From a virus (taxonomy: Duplodnaviria > Caudoviricetes): a stretch of 64,000 nucleotides of DNA. Positions 10,226 through 20,130 of this stretch are shown here, piece by piece. The position numbers and the translations under genes were made by a program. Positions within the stretch are counted from its first letter, which is position 1. The number at the start of each line of letters is the position of its first letter. Location of the stretch: positions 5,365 through 69,364 of the IMG/VR virus record IMGVR_UViG_2675903691_000001; one strand, given 5' to 3'. Below the pieces are notes generated by a model. That model had not been told where the DNA came from. It made no database searches and saw nothing but the letters and a program-made list of their open reading frames with translations.

Positions 10226-10966
10226 CTACAGGCTCGGAATGGTCGGAGTACCCAGCACAAAGCCGCTGGAGGTTTCGAAGTGGTAACGCCAGGAACGCGG
10301 GAAGTGGGTGTTCGTGTAACGGCCGCGGTACAGCGGGTGATGGTTCCGGCGGTAGGACAGTTCGGACTTGTAGGCTCCGACGGAATAGAGGGCGGTCGGG
10401 AAGTTCACATAACTGCTGTAGCCAATCGAGAACCCCCGCTGCACATAAACCTGCTTCTGCGAGCCCGCCGTCGTCTGCACCTGCGGCAGTCCCGACAACG
10501 CCTGCTGAACCGTGAAGTCCAGTCCGCCGGGATTCAGTTCTTCCACGATCTCATCGAACTCGACGATGTTGGTTTCAGCAGCCGCCACTTCCCAGCCGAA
10601 CGTCACATAGACCGTGCGCTTGTTCAGATACTCGGTCCGCATCCCGCTCTCGGCGTCCATCGGGTATTCCCAAATGAGAGCCGAGATGCCGTTGATCGTC
10701 GTGTTCGTGCTGACCGCGTGAATCGTGTTGGAGTTCGAGTCGTCCTTGAACAGCAGATCCTTGTCGTTGGTCCCCAGTGCAGTTTCCAGCGTCCCCAGCG
10801 CTGTCGTCAGGGCTGATGCACCAGCAGCCTGAATCAACGCCCGCACCCGCATCTGGTAACTGTAGTGCGTCCGGCGCCGTACCTTAGGCGACAGGTTGGC
10901 GCGACGGCTCCATGCGAACTGGATGCCGGCGGAGGGAAAGTCGTAATCACCCCATGAGAGTTTCAT
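10226..10966 (-). CDS. Distal tail protein (putative)
   Basis: 246 aa beta-rich, between acidic protein and hub gene. Confidence 0.6.
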   Translation of the reverse strand: MKLSWGDYDFPSAGIQFAWSRRANLSPKVRRRTHYSYQMRVRALIQAAGASALTTALGTLETALGTNDKDLLFKDDSNSNTIHAVSTNTTINGISALIWEYPMDAESGMRTEYLNKRTVYVTFGWEVAAAETNIVEFDEIVEELNPGGLDFTVQQALSGLPQVQTTAGSQKQVYVQRGFSIGYSSYVNFPTALYSVGAYKSELSYRRNHHPLYRGRYTNTHFPRSWRYHFETSSGFVLGTPTIPSL

Positions 10967-11557
10967 TTAGAACGAATACCTTCCATCGAGCGTCAGACCC
11001 TGATCTTGAATCTCATCCCGCAGTCCGCCTTCCGATTCCCGCATCCGCATCTGCCCGACGAACTCCGCCTCAGATGCAGCGACGTCGCTCTGGAACTGCC
11101 GCATCGCTGCTTCGGTGACCTGACTCAGGGAGTCCGGCTCGGTCATCTCAACGGCGTCGGAGTCGCTTCCAGAGAACAGTCCGCCGATGTCGGTGTTCCA
11201 GCCGGGTCCGGCCCACTGATCGTCGGCGTCTCCGCTGGGCATCTCTTGGGCGGCAGCCGGTTCAACTGGCACTGCGTCAGCTTCGGGGGCTGACACCGTC
11301 TCCGGCGCTGGGATCGCAGCTTCTGGCGATTGCTCCCATTCCGCCTCCGCAGCGATCTCCGGTTCTCCGCCGCCGGTCCCTTCCGCATCGTCGGCATCCA
11401 CAGCATCGGCAGGCTCCTCAACAGGGGCGTCCTCGGTCTCAGCGGCAGGTGCAGAAGTCTCGGGCGCCGGGAACGACAGCGTCTCGTCCACGGTCTCGGA
11501 CGAGACCTCGCCCAGCATCTGTTCGATCAGGTTGTTGATGTCGTCGTTTTCCGGCAT
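10967..11557 (-). CDS. Short acidic low-complexity protein at the tape-measure position
   Basis: MPENDDINN start at 11557; E/D/A/P-rich; directly follows the chaperone. Confidence 0.65.
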   Translation of the reverse strand: MPENDDINNLIEQMLGEVSSETVDETLSFPAPETSAPAAETEDAPVEEPADAVDADDAEGTGGGEPEIAAEAEWEQSPEAAIPAPETVSAPEADAVPVEPAAAQEMPSGDADDQWAGPGWNTDIGGLFSGSDSDAVEMTEPDSLSQVTEAAMRQFQSDVAASEAEFVGQMRMRESEGGLRDEIQDQGLTLDGRYSF

Positions 11558-12174
11558 CGGTCTGCCTTTGCTCGTGCGATTGACCACTGGATCAACCGGG
11601 CGTGATGCCTGACCAACGGATCGTCTGGAAACTTTCCAACGGCGGCACATTCCAGGTAATGCCGCACCGCCTGCTGATTTCGCTCCGACAACCGTCGCTG
11701 CCGGGAGTAATGCCCTACCGGGCACGTCTGCGTCGGATTCTCACAGAGAGTCTTTCCCTCTCGCGGAAGCCGTTTCCCGTCATACGTCGCGATCTGTCCG
11801 GTGGTCGGGTCCAGCCACAGCGTCCGGCAGGTCTCACAACTGAACAGGGAGAACTGGGGATACAGGACCAGTAACCGCACACCGGCACGCAGGTTCCATT
11901 CATCGCTCTGCTCCCGCTCGGACATCGTCGCGCCAGTCACCAGGGCAAACGCCTGCATCTGGATCTCGCGCTGCATGGAGTCGATGGGACAGGTGTGAAG
12001 AATGCACTGGTGCAGGGTCTGGCGAACGATGACGTCCCGCTTCTCCCGGCTCAGCGGTTTCAGTCGGCGGGCCAGTGCGACGCGGGAGGGTTTCGGCAAC
12101 GGACGATATTCGAACGAGAACTCACCGATCTCGCCGCGTTCGTCATAGCCGTCACCGATCCACTGCGCTGCCAT
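11527..12174 (-). CDS. Tail assembly chaperone with C-terminal Cys cluster
   Basis: Follows tail tube; CETC...C...C and FPDDPLVRHHARLI resemble planctomycete phage chaperones as recalled. Confidence 0.6.
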   Translation of the reverse strand: MAAQWIGDGYDERGEIGEFSFEYRPLPKPSRVALARRLKPLSREKRDVIVRQTLHQCILHTCPIDSMQREIQMQAFALVTGATMSEREQSDEWNLRAGVRLLVLYPQFSLFSCETCRTLWLDPTTGQIATYDGKRLPREGKTLCENPTQTCPVGHYSRQRRLSERNQQAVRHYLECAAVGKFPDDPLVRHHARLIQWSIARAKADRCRKTTTSTT

Positions 12175-13097
12175 TACGCCTCCAGAGTGTTCGTGATCGT
12201 CAGCGAGGGAGACGGCGTGTCACCGCCGGTCCCGTAGACCTGATAGAAGAACTTGTTCCGCAGTTCGGCCCGGCCGGGAATACTCGGGGGGCTCGCGTCC
12301 GACTTCAGGTTGTGCATGGCAAACAGAGTCGAGACAGCCCCGCTGGTGAATGTCAGAGATCCGCCGTAACCCGCCTGAGAAGCCGCCGCCGTGTCGACGC
12401 CCGTGAACGCCGTCAGCAGCCCCAGTTCGCTCGACGTCGCCGGCAGGTCGGGACCGAAGTAATACTTCTGGTCGGTCGGCTTGATCGATGTCGGGACCAC
12501 GCTGTTGTTGTGCTGAATGAACACCTTGTGATCGCCGATCAGTACGAACGACTGCGGATAGTGCGTTCCTGAGTTCAGCGACAGCGCGGACTGCGTGAAG
12601 GCGTACGGAGCCGTGTTCCCTTCGATCAATTCCGGATCGAACGTGTCTCCACTGTTGATGAGCGGCTTCGAGGCGAACGCGATCTGCAGTTCCAGTTGCC
12701 AGGGACGAACGCCCTTCGCAGCAGACAGAATCCATTTGTCGACCACGCCATCGCCGTAGATGTCCACGGCAGCCACGCGGTTGATCACCACGTCCAGATC
12801 CGGCAGCGAGAACGGCAGGACGATCGGCGTCCACTCCTCAGCCTCATCCACCTGCTCAAACAGCATCAGCGGCAGCAGTTCGTTCAGTTCCTGCGGCGAC
12901 GGCATCATGCGAATCGTCAGCCGGGGAACGATGATCCCCGTGACGACTTCCTCTTCGAAGTGATCGAGGCGACCGCACAGCGACTCTTCCGAAGCGTCCG
13001 TTCGGCGATACGTCGTCCGGTCCTGAATGCTCAGGAAGCAGAACTTCTTGCCGTTGATCGCGAGTCCTGTTTCGACTCCCTGCGTTTGACCGGGCAT
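12174..13097 (-). CDS. Tail tube (major tail) protein
   Basis: 307 aa; PYAFTQSALSL, LTFTSG and LTITN patterns plus synteny. Confidence 0.7.
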   Translation of the reverse strand: MPGQTQGVETGLAINGKKFCFLSIQDRTTYRRTDASEESLCGRLDHFEEEVVTGIIVPRLTIRMMPSPQELNELLPLMLFEQVDEAEEWTPIVLPFSLPDLDVVINRVAAVDIYGDGVVDKWILSAAKGVRPWQLELQIAFASKPLINSGDTFDPELIEGNTAPYAFTQSALSLNSGTHYPQSFVLIGDHKVFIQHNNSVVPTSIKPTDQKYYFGPDLPATSSELGLLTAFTGVDTAAASQAGYGGSLTFTSGAVSTLFAMHNLKSDASPPSIPGRAELRNKFFYQVYGTGGDTPSPSLTITNTLEA

Positions 13098-13098
13098 C

Positions 13099-13626
13099 TC
13101 ACACTCTCCCCTGGGGGTCGCGGTCTTCGAGACTCTGCACTTCGAACGCCGTCGTCTGCACGCACAGCCGGTGAATCGAGAACAGCCGGTCGTCGAACGG
13201 GTCTTGCATGGGAACGATCGCCAGGCTCACAAACCCGGCCGGCTCCCACTGCTCTTTCCGCAGGTTGTTCTGGTTGAAAAACTTCCGCAGTTTCTCGGCC
13301 CACTTCAGCCAGGAGGCCATCTGGTCCCCCGGGATCCGCGAGTCCTCGGTATCAATCACCTGAATTGAGACGGGGTAATAAACCATGTCATGGCAGTTAT
13401 CCCCTTCGTCTGGCGGGATCCGCACAGACCGACCGGGAACGATCAGCACGCCGGGGGTCACTTCGTCTCGCAGGTGTTCTTCGTCGTCGCCTGCTTTGGG
13501 CTGCGGATAGCGGATGACAACGGACTCCGCCTTGATCTCTGGATACGAACCTTCCCCGGTCAGATCGACGTATTGCCGGATCTGTGATTCGATCTGCTCA
13601 AGGATGTTTCCGAAGACAGAAGCCAT
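13099..13626 (-). CDS. Tail completion/terminator-like protein
   Basis: TAATG-coupled start MASVFGN; between adaptor and tube. Confidence 0.55.
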   Translation of the reverse strand: MASVFGNILEQIESQIRQYVDLTGEGSYPEIKAESVVIRYPQPKAGDDEEHLRDEVTPGVLIVPGRSVRIPPDEGDNCHDMVYYPVSIQVIDTEDSRIPGDQMASWLKWAEKLRKFFNQNNLRKEQWEPAGFVSLAIVPMQDPFDDRLFSIHRLCVQTTAFEVQSLEDRDPQGRV

Positions 13627-14891
13627 TACGGGGTCACATTCACGTTGCCCAGGCCGGGCCAAGGGTAATAGAAGTCCGCGTTGCGGTTGTCCTTCCGGGC
13701 AAGGCCGCGGGTTCTTACGTCCGCCCACTTCGCCTCATCGAGGAGTTGATTGGCGATCTGACGCAACAGCGGGAAGTCCTTGCGCTGCGTCTTGCCGGCG
13801 TAATCGGCGACCGCCAGTTTCAGGAAGCACTGCCACGTCGCATCCGCTTCGATGTCGATGGGGTCGCCGATCGTGTACTTCTTCGAAGAGTAGGCCGACG
13901 GCGAAACGAGTTCGGCATCCAGCAGCAGTTCTGTCGCCGATGTCACGTCCATCACGATCCGCTGTTCGGCGTAGGGTGCGGCATCGAATTCCAGTTCGCC
14001 TTCCGGCAGGTCGGTCGCAGATGTCCCGAAGCGAATCACGCTCCCGATCATGCGGTCCGTCCAGGCAGTCCCTGTGCCGGTCACGACATTCCCGCTGACT
14101 CCGCTGATCGTTCCAGTGCTGTACTGCAGGGCCCCAGTGAAGTTGGAGATGGGACGAGGAGTCGCCGTATAACTGAAGTCGTAGGTTCGCGCCGTGTTCG
14201 GATAGGGATAGAACTCGACAGCCAGTGACCCGTACCGACCCGTGGCGCCGCGAATCGCATATCGCCGAGGTGAGCCGAAGCAGTAATCGCGACTCTCTGT
14301 CAGTTCATCCGGAGAGACTTGTTCCGGCCACTCGTCGTCCGCATCCAGTTCGCTCCCGCGTCGAAAGTCGATCGGCAACGGGTACTCGACACGGTAGAGG
14401 TTGTACGCGGTCCCCGATGCCACATCGGCGGTCGGGCACTTTCCCGGAACCAGCGTCACGACGGTGCTGGAGACCCGCGATTCAATGTCGTATTCGACGT
14501 TGGCGATCACGATCCGGTAGTCCCGCACGTCGGATGGCCAGGTCGCGCCGGTCAGCGTCAACTGCCGTTCATTAACTCCGCCGGTCAGATCGAACGCCAC
14601 GGTCCCGTCGTCCTGGTTGGCGACGGTCGAGATGCGGCCCCGACGGTTCAGGTACGACCATTCGTGCAGCGTTGGAAACAGGTCGTAGACATCAGACACC
14701 GCCCGTGCGGCCAGCTTCAGGCCTTTGCCGATGGTCTTCGCGTCGAAGTGATCGAGGACGGCGTTCACCGCATCCTGAAACGTGTAGATCCGAATCGGTC
14801 GACCGGCGTACGGTTTGACCGGACGGTAGTCCACGCCCGCGGTTTGCGAGGGCAACGGAGAGACTGCTGAACCGTCGTTTGATGTGGGCAT
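13626..14891 (-). CDS. Head-tail adaptor/connector protein with inserted beta domains
   Basis: HEWSYL, YPLPIDF, GSPRRYA, FYPYPNTARTY adaptor-like motifs; GTGTAWT beta segment. Confidence 0.65.
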   Translation of the reverse strand: MPTSNDGSAVSPLPSQTAGVDYRPVKPYAGRPIRIYTFQDAVNAVLDHFDAKTIGKGLKLAARAVSDVYDLFPTLHEWSYLNRRGRISTVANQDDGTVAFDLTGGVNERQLTLTGATWPSDVRDYRIVIANVEYDIESRVSSTVVTLVPGKCPTADVASGTAYNLYRVEYPLPIDFRRGSELDADDEWPEQVSPDELTESRDYCFGSPRRYAIRGATGRYGSLAVEFYPYPNTARTYDFSYTATPRPISNFTGALQYSTGTISGVSGNVVTGTGTAWTDRMIGSVIRFGTSATDLPEGELEFDAAPYAEQRIVMDVTSATELLLDAELVSPSAYSSKKYTIGDPIDIEADATWQCFLKLAVADYAGKTQRKDFPLLRQIANQLLDEAKWADVRTRGLARKDNRNADFYYPWPGLGNVNVTP

Positions 14892-14894
14892 GGG

Positions 14895-15197
14895 TTATTG
14901 CACCGTGCGAAGCGCCCGGCCGAGCCAGGTATTCAGTGAAGCCGCAGTTGATCCACTCAAGACACAGCGGACCTTGCAGGGAGGCAGTTCAAATCGCACC
15001 GTGCCGGCGGCGGTCATCGAGATCGACGTGACATCGACCCAGTTCGTGGGCGTGCCAGTCGGGTCATCAGGGCTCATCTGGAGCTTGACTGTGCCGCTGC
15101 CGAAGGTGCTATTGGCGATCATTACACCAACGCCGCCCGGCCAGTCGAACGCAGTAGAATTTCCATCCGCAGTCTGTGCAGCAAAAGGCTGAATCAT
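14895..15197 (-). CDS. Small structural protein
   Basis: 100 aa all-beta jelly-roll-like composition in virion operon. Confidence 0.65.
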   Translation of the reverse strand: MIQPFAAQTADGNSTAFDWPGGVGVMIANSTFGSGTVKLQMSPDDPTGTPTNWVDVTSISMTAAGTVRFELPPCKVRCVLSGSTAASLNTWLGRALRTVQ

Positions 15198-15776
15198 TTA
15201 CGTCCACTCCACATAGGCGCTGCCGTTCCAGATCTGCCACTGAGAGTCAGCGGTGCTGTACTGGAATCGAATTGGGTTCGGGAAATTGACGCTCGGGTGA
15301 TCGCGCCAGCCGTAGTACACGACGTTGTCGTCGAGGCCGAATGTGACTTCACCGTCGTCATCGGTGATCGATGTGCCAGCCCTTGTTCCGTCTTGGGTGT
15401 ACGGACTGTCGATCGAGACCCAGCACTTCACGCCGGCGACGGGTGTTCCAGAGACTTCGCTGGTCCAGACGAGTTGGCGGGAACCGGGGCCGGCTACGTT
15501 CGTCTGATTGGCGATGTATGCGCTGATCCAGTACGTCCCTGTTCCCGCCCCAGTGACCTGCACAGCATCATTACCCCGCCATTCGCCGCCCTCGAAAATA
15601 TCTGCTTGATAAAACCCTTCCGGGATCGTGTTAAACGGAGTCGCATACTGCCGAGTCGAACCACTCTCCACCGCCACGCCGGTTCCCGAAATCGACGATC
15701 CACCCGTGAGCGGCGTCAGGACCACCGTGTAGTTCAGGATGCCCGTTGTACGAGCGATGAAGTTGATGCTGGCCAT
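15198..15776 (-). CDS. Structural protein, beta-sandwich type
   Basis: 192 aa, coupled; TDDDGEVTFGLD resembles prealbumin/carboxypeptidase-regulatory folds. Confidence 0.6.
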   Translation of the reverse strand: MASINFIARTTGILNYTVVLTPLTGGSSISGTGVAVESGSTRQYATPFNTIPEGFYQADIFEGGEWRGNDAVQVTGAGTGTYWISAYIANQTNVAGPGSRQLVWTSEVSGTPVAGVKCWVSIDSPYTQDGTRAGTSITDDDGEVTFGLDDNVVYYGWRDHPSVNFPNPIRFQYSTADSQWQIWNGSAYVEWT

Positions 15777-16085
15777 TTACTCGGTCGTTTTCTCGTCAAG
15801 GAAATCGCACACCTGACCGTAAACCCATGGGTTCTGTTCGACTTGGCAGAATCGCGATTTGAGCATCGCGACTTCCGTTGCGGTCCACTCCTTTGCGTTC
15901 TCGTTCAGCTTGCCGATGGCCTTATAGAACTTGTAGCGTTCGTCTTCGCTGACTGGATGATTCGGCACATTCACTGCCAGCAGCGTCCCGATGATCCGCT
16001 GCCCGATGGTGAGCTTCTTGCCGTCCGGCAACTCGGCGTCTTTTCCGTCAAGCTCTTTCAGGCATTTGTTGAAATCGAGAGTCAT
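15777..16085 (-). CDS. Fibre-associated helical protein (putative chaperone)
   Basis: 102 aa directly after the fibre gene; family pattern commonly seen after fibres. Confidence 0.55.
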   Translation of the reverse strand: MTLDFNKCLKELDGKDAELPDGKKLTIGQRIIGTLLAVNVPNHPVSEDERYKFYKAIGKLNENAKEWTATEVAMLKSRFCQVEQNPWVYGQVCDFLDEKTTE

Positions 16086-16104
16086 CGTTTCTTTCTCAGG
16101 AAAA

Positions 16105-17676
16105 TTATGCGGAACCTTTAATGAGTCCTTGCAGGACTCCGGCGGCTTGGAGGGCGTTGGCGAGGGCGATTAGTCCGTCAGCCTGCGTCTGCGAGAAACC
16201 GTAGGGAGTGATGTTTGTGGCCGGGGTTGTTGCCACTGCGGCCTGAGCGGCACTCGCAACCTGGTAGAGCTTGATGATCTGGCCGGATTCCGTTTTGAAA
16301 GTCGGGCAGGCGTTGGCGGCGGCAGCATCCGAAGAGTACATCGAAAAGGTGTCGGCAGGCTGCGTGCCCGAGGGGGCCGTCCCGGTGAACATCGTCAACG
16401 TCATAGTCGCGGAAGTCGGATATGTCGTCGTGCCAATGTTCAGGTTAGCGTTGAAGTAGTTGTTGGCTGTGGAGACGTTGTAAATAGAGAATTGGCCGGT
16501 TGGAACAGTCAATGCTCCGATAACAATATTGGAGTTGTTGGTCGCAATGGTGGCTTGGGCTTCGATCATCAGGCCGCATTGGCCGGTGACTGTCGTGCCG
16601 GCGGTGTTGAATCCGTTGAGAATGCGGATTCCGACTGAACGGGTGACGGTGGAAGAAATTGCATGGCCGGAAGATGAGATCCCGCGAACCGAGAGAGCAG
16701 CGACGTCTGTGACTGTTCCTAGCGACGCCAAGGCACTCGTCAGGGAAAGACCTGTCAAGAACGCGGCATTACAGCCCGTGATCGTGCCGGCGTTGATCGG
16801 ACGACATTCACCAAAGATGGATGCTGTCCCGGCGTTGATCGCTCCCGTGTGATTGATGCCGGCTTGATCGTATGTCAGTGTCATCGAGAAGACACGAAAG
16901 TTCGCAGCCGTGTTGGCAACGGCTTTGATAGCAGCTTCGTTCCGCATCGCCAAAACCGTGCCTGACGTGTCGGTAAACTCACCGTAAACCGCCGTCACGT
17001 TCTGCGCTGTCATCGCCGAACCGCCGGCGATTCCGGTTCGTGATCGGAGACTCCGCATCATCCCGTCTGAGTACAGCCCTTCGTCTGCGAGACCGAGATT
17101 GATTCTCCCGGTGAGGTCCATATGAGTCGTTGTTGCGTAGCCGGGCAAATCAGAACTGGCAATAGTGTTCCAGGCGGGGGCAGCGGAAACTGAGCCATTT
17201 CCAGTCTGCGTTAGAAAAAGCTTCGTCGTTGTCGTGTTCCCGGCGAGTTCCGCGAGCATGTTCGCGCCCGAAGCGTACCGGATGCCGCCGAGCGTCGCTG
17301 TCGCCAGTCCATTTCCACCATTAACCACCGGCAGCGTTCCAGTGACTTTGGTTGTCAGGTCGATAGAACCGACAAGCATTGCGTTCGTGATCTTGCCTGC
17401 GCCAATCGAAACAGCACCGGTACTGGCAATCGTTGCATCACCAGACATCGCCACAGGTGCATAAGCAGTTCCGCCCGCGTTACCAATCAGCAGTTGGCCG
17501 GCACTAGGTGCAGTGTTCGGCACAACAGCAGACCGGGTTTGTACGTCGTTCGTGACATTCCCGAGTCCCACGTCACTCTTCGAAACCGTCACATCCGCAG
17601 ACAACGGATGCCCGTTGACTGTCCGCGTTTCCGGAACAGCCCCAATGTCTTCGGGCAGTGGAATCCAGTTGATCAT
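16105..17676 (-). CDS. Fibre protein
   Basis: ATGA-coupled start MINWIPL; TRTVNGHPLSADVTVSKSDVGLGNVTN fibre motif; T/G/A-rich. Confidence 0.75.
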   Translation of the reverse strand: MINWIPLPEDIGAVPETRTVNGHPLSADVTVSKSDVGLGNVTNDVQTRSAVVPNTAPSAGQLLIGNAGGTAYAPVAMSGDATIASTGAVSIGAGKITNAMLVGSIDLTTKVTGTLPVVNGGNGLATATLGGIRYASGANMLAELAGNTTTTKLFLTQTGNGSVSAAPAWNTIASSDLPGYATTTHMDLTGRINLGLADEGLYSDGMMRSLRSRTGIAGGSAMTAQNVTAVYGEFTDTSGTVLAMRNEAAIKAVANTAANFRVFSMTLTYDQAGINHTGAINAGTASIFGECRPINAGTITGCNAAFLTGLSLTSALASLGTVTDVAALSVRGISSSGHAISSTVTRSVGIRILNGFNTAGTTVTGQCGLMIEAQATIATNNSNIVIGALTVPTGQFSIYNVSTANNYFNANLNIGTTTYPTSATMTLTMFTGTAPSGTQPADTFSMYSSDAAAANACPTFKTESGQIIKLYQVASAAQAAVATTPATNITPYGFSQTQADGLIALANALQAAGVLQGLIKGSA

Positions 17677-18650
17677 GTTGCCGCCTTTGCCGCGTACACC
17701 GAATTCCCCATGCACCCGCTCATCCACGCTTCGCTGCCAAAGTCCACGCCAGAGCAGCCACGCATCGCGAGCGTATGGAGCGGAGTCACAGCAGGGCGGT
17801 CTGGATCATTGCCAGTTCGGGTCATGCCCGGATTGATCGTCACGTTCACGCAATCGATCAACAGAATGTGCGTGTTCCGCAGTGGGTTGCCACGGACGAT
17901 GCTGGCGGATCGCTGAAACTGGCAGGGACCGATCAGCAGGTTGTTGACGCCCCGTGCTTCGACAGCCGGGCCTTCGGTGCGATCAAAACGAATGCCGCTT
18001 AAGCTGTTGTCGTGCGCCGGTTCGTTCGCTTCCGGGTTGGTTTCAAACAGGAACCCGCCGCCGAACTCGACAGTCGAATTGCTGATCTGATTGTCACTCG
18101 ACCGGAAATGCACCGCCTGCTTCTTGCAGGTATTGAAGCAGCAGCCGCTCACTCGCGAGTCCGCGATATCCCGAATGCCGATTTGAAGCTGGTGAAACCG
18201 GCAGTTGGTGATCGTGCTTTCATGGCCGTGATACTGTCCGTCGATCCCGATGTTGTGTCGCAGGAACGTACAGGCATTGATGACGTTGTACCGACCGTGC
18301 GAATCTTCAGTCGCCGGCAGAAGAAGGCCGGTCTGTTCGTGTGCCCCGCCATCGAAGCAGATGCCGTCAATCCGGTTCACCCCGGAGCAAACCATCATGT
18401 GTGCCTTGAGTGTTCCTGACCGACGCAGGATTGTGCCGTCAACCGGAGTGTCCCAGTAACTCGTCACACCCCGACCGTAGATCCCCATGCTTTCCGGCAG
18501 CGTCAGCGTCTGTTTCAGCAGGTACGTTCCGGCCGGAATCCACACGTCGCACTTGGCCGCCTGCGCCGCAGTGATCGTGGCTTGAATTGCGGGCGCATCA
18601 TTCGCCACGCCATCGCCGACGGCTCCGAAGTCCAGCACTGACAGAAACAT
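17673..18650 (-). CDS. Right-handed beta-helix (pectate-lyase-like) tailspike/depolymerase
   Basis: SVLDFGAVGDGVANDAPAIQA N-terminal motif and parallel beta-helix repeats. Confidence 0.85.
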   Translation of the reverse strand: MFLSVLDFGAVGDGVANDAPAIQATITAAQAAKCDVWIPAGTYLLKQTLTLPESMGIYGRGVTSYWDTPVDGTILRRSGTLKAHMMVCSGVNRIDGICFDGGAHEQTGLLLPATEDSHGRYNVINACTFLRHNIGIDGQYHGHESTITNCRFHQLQIGIRDIADSRVSGCCFNTCKKQAVHFRSSDNQISNSTVEFGGGFLFETNPEANEPAHDNSLSGIRFDRTEGPAVEARGVNNLLIGPCQFQRSASIVRGNPLRNTHILLIDCVNVTINPGMTRTGNDPDRPAVTPLHTLAMRGCSGVDFGSEAWMSGCMGNSVYAAKAAT

Positions 18651-18661
18651 GCCGATCACAA

Positions 18662-19030
18662 TCAGTCCTCGTAGAAACGAAACTGCACCTTGCAGGCGGC
18701 GGTATTGGCCTGACCCCGCAGCGTGATCCCAGGCTTCAGGCGAAACGCATGGCATTCGCCGGGCTTGAGTCGCACCATCGGAACCATGGCGCCGCCGCTC
18801 TCAGGGCCGATGTCGACGTAGTTGGTGCCATCCAGGTTGATGATCTCGCAGCGACCGACGGTCCCCAGATCCCCGAAGCCGATGACTTCCTCGGAAGTGC
18901 CGATCGACTGCATGGGCTCGTGGAGACCGATGGCATTCTGGACGATCTCTTTGCGATTCTGATCCCAGCGGTCGTTCAGGTTGCCATGGCTGATCGTCGA
19001 CAGAATCGTGATGGAATAGGTTCCAGCCAT
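18662..19030 (-). CDS. Small conserved structural protein
   Basis: NLDGTNYVDIGP...RLKPGE motif; virion operon. Confidence 0.7.
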   Translation of the reverse strand: MAGTYSITILSTISHGNLNDRWDQNRKEIVQNAIGLHEPMQSIGTSEEVIGFGDLGTVGRCEIINLDGTNYVDIGPESGGAMVPMVRLKPGECHAFRLKPGITLRGQANTAACKVQFRFYED

Positions 19031-19069
19031 GATGCACCCCGCAGTAAACCATCAGATTCCGAGACAGAC

Positions 19070-19351
19070 TTACGACGCCAGAGCGGCGGCGATTTCACGG
19101 GCCACGCCCGCATCGCCGACCATGTTGCCGAGGTAACGCTGGGTGTAACCGTCAATCGCCGATCCGGCTTCAACGGCGGTCTCAAAGAGTGTGGCGGCCC
19201 GGTTGTCGGCCATTCCTTTTTGCAGGAACTCACGAGTCGCGGCGCTGAGGGTGCCAGTGCCGGCATCGATGATGTCTGCGATCTCTTCGCCGGCGGCGTT
19301 ATTCGCCAGTCCGGTTTTCAGCAGTCTGCGTGCAAAGTTCGACAGGGCCAT
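19070..19351 (-). CDS. Small Ala-rich helical protein
   Basis: 93 aa with GGAG RBS. Confidence 0.7.
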   Translation of the reverse strand: MALSNFARRLLKTGLANNAAGEEIADIIDAGTGTLSAATREFLQKGMADNRAATLFETAVEAGSAIDGYTQRYLGNMVGDAGVAREIAAALAS

Positions 19352-19428
19352 GATCTGTGTCTCCAGTGGGTAACAACGATGCTACTCTACAGATCCGACA
19401 CGATCAGTGCGAGAGATTTCCGCTTTCG

Positions 19429-20118
19429 CTACTTCTGGCGGCCGTGCTTCTCGGTCACCATCTGCCGAATCTCCCCCTTGGTCTTCCGCTTCAGTTCGGG
19501 GTTTTTCGTGATGATTTCTCCGGCTTTCTTCACGACCAGGTCTTCCGCCAGGGCGACTCCGTTCTCCGGGGCATGCGGATCTTTTTCCGGTTCCCGCCCC
19601 TTCACGTTCACCGCCCCTTCGCACGCCCAGCCACGTTTTTCGCAGACCTTGCGAATATGATCGCGGGCTCCTGAGAATGGGACGTAAGCCTCTGGGTCGC
19701 CACGATATCTGGCAATTTCCGGCATATATTCCCCCGCCATCATATTGACGCCCTGCGCCGCCAGCTTCTTCTTGATGTCGTTGGCGTAGGTCTCGCCGTA
19801 GACCTGAGAGAAATGCTTGCGTCCCGACCAGAATGTGTCGTTGGTGTTCACCCGGGCCGACTGCTGCATCGCCGCCATGGCAGCAAAGGTGTGACTGCTC
19901 CTCTTCCGCCGGCTGACCATGTACAGCGCCAGCACCGTCAGACCGTGCCCCTGTCCGTTGTGGCAGACGAGACGATTCGCCCGTTCCAGCAGGTCCGGTT
20001 CCCGCTCCAGTTGCGGGTACTTCGCCAAGGCCTCGGCAGCATCGGGCGGCACGGCCAGCAGGTCGACGTGAGCGCGGAGGTGTGGGTGAATCTTGAGAAA
20101 CGGTTCGAGCCAGTCCAT
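19429..20118 (-). CDS. Conserved protein downstream of portal
   Basis: 229 aa with GGAG RBS. Confidence 0.7.
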   Translation of the reverse strand: MDWLEPFLKIHPHLRAHVDLLAVPPDAAEALAKYPQLEREPDLLERANRLVCHNGQGHGLTVLALYMVSRRKRSSHTFAAMAAMQQSARVNTNDTFWSGRKHFSQVYGETYANDIKKKLAAQGVNMMAGEYMPEIARYRGDPEAYVPFSGARDHIRKVCEKRGWACEGAVNVKGREPEKDPHAPENGVALAEDLVVKKAGEIITKNPELKRKTKGEIRQMVTEKHGRQK

Positions 20119-20130
20119 GGGGTGTTCTCC

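Noticed and set aside
11752-11758. Lambda-type GGGAAAG slippery site, in frame in the tail chaperone
   Set aside because: The -1 frame stops after three codons and would cut the Cys cluster, the reverse of the G/GT logic; probably chance.
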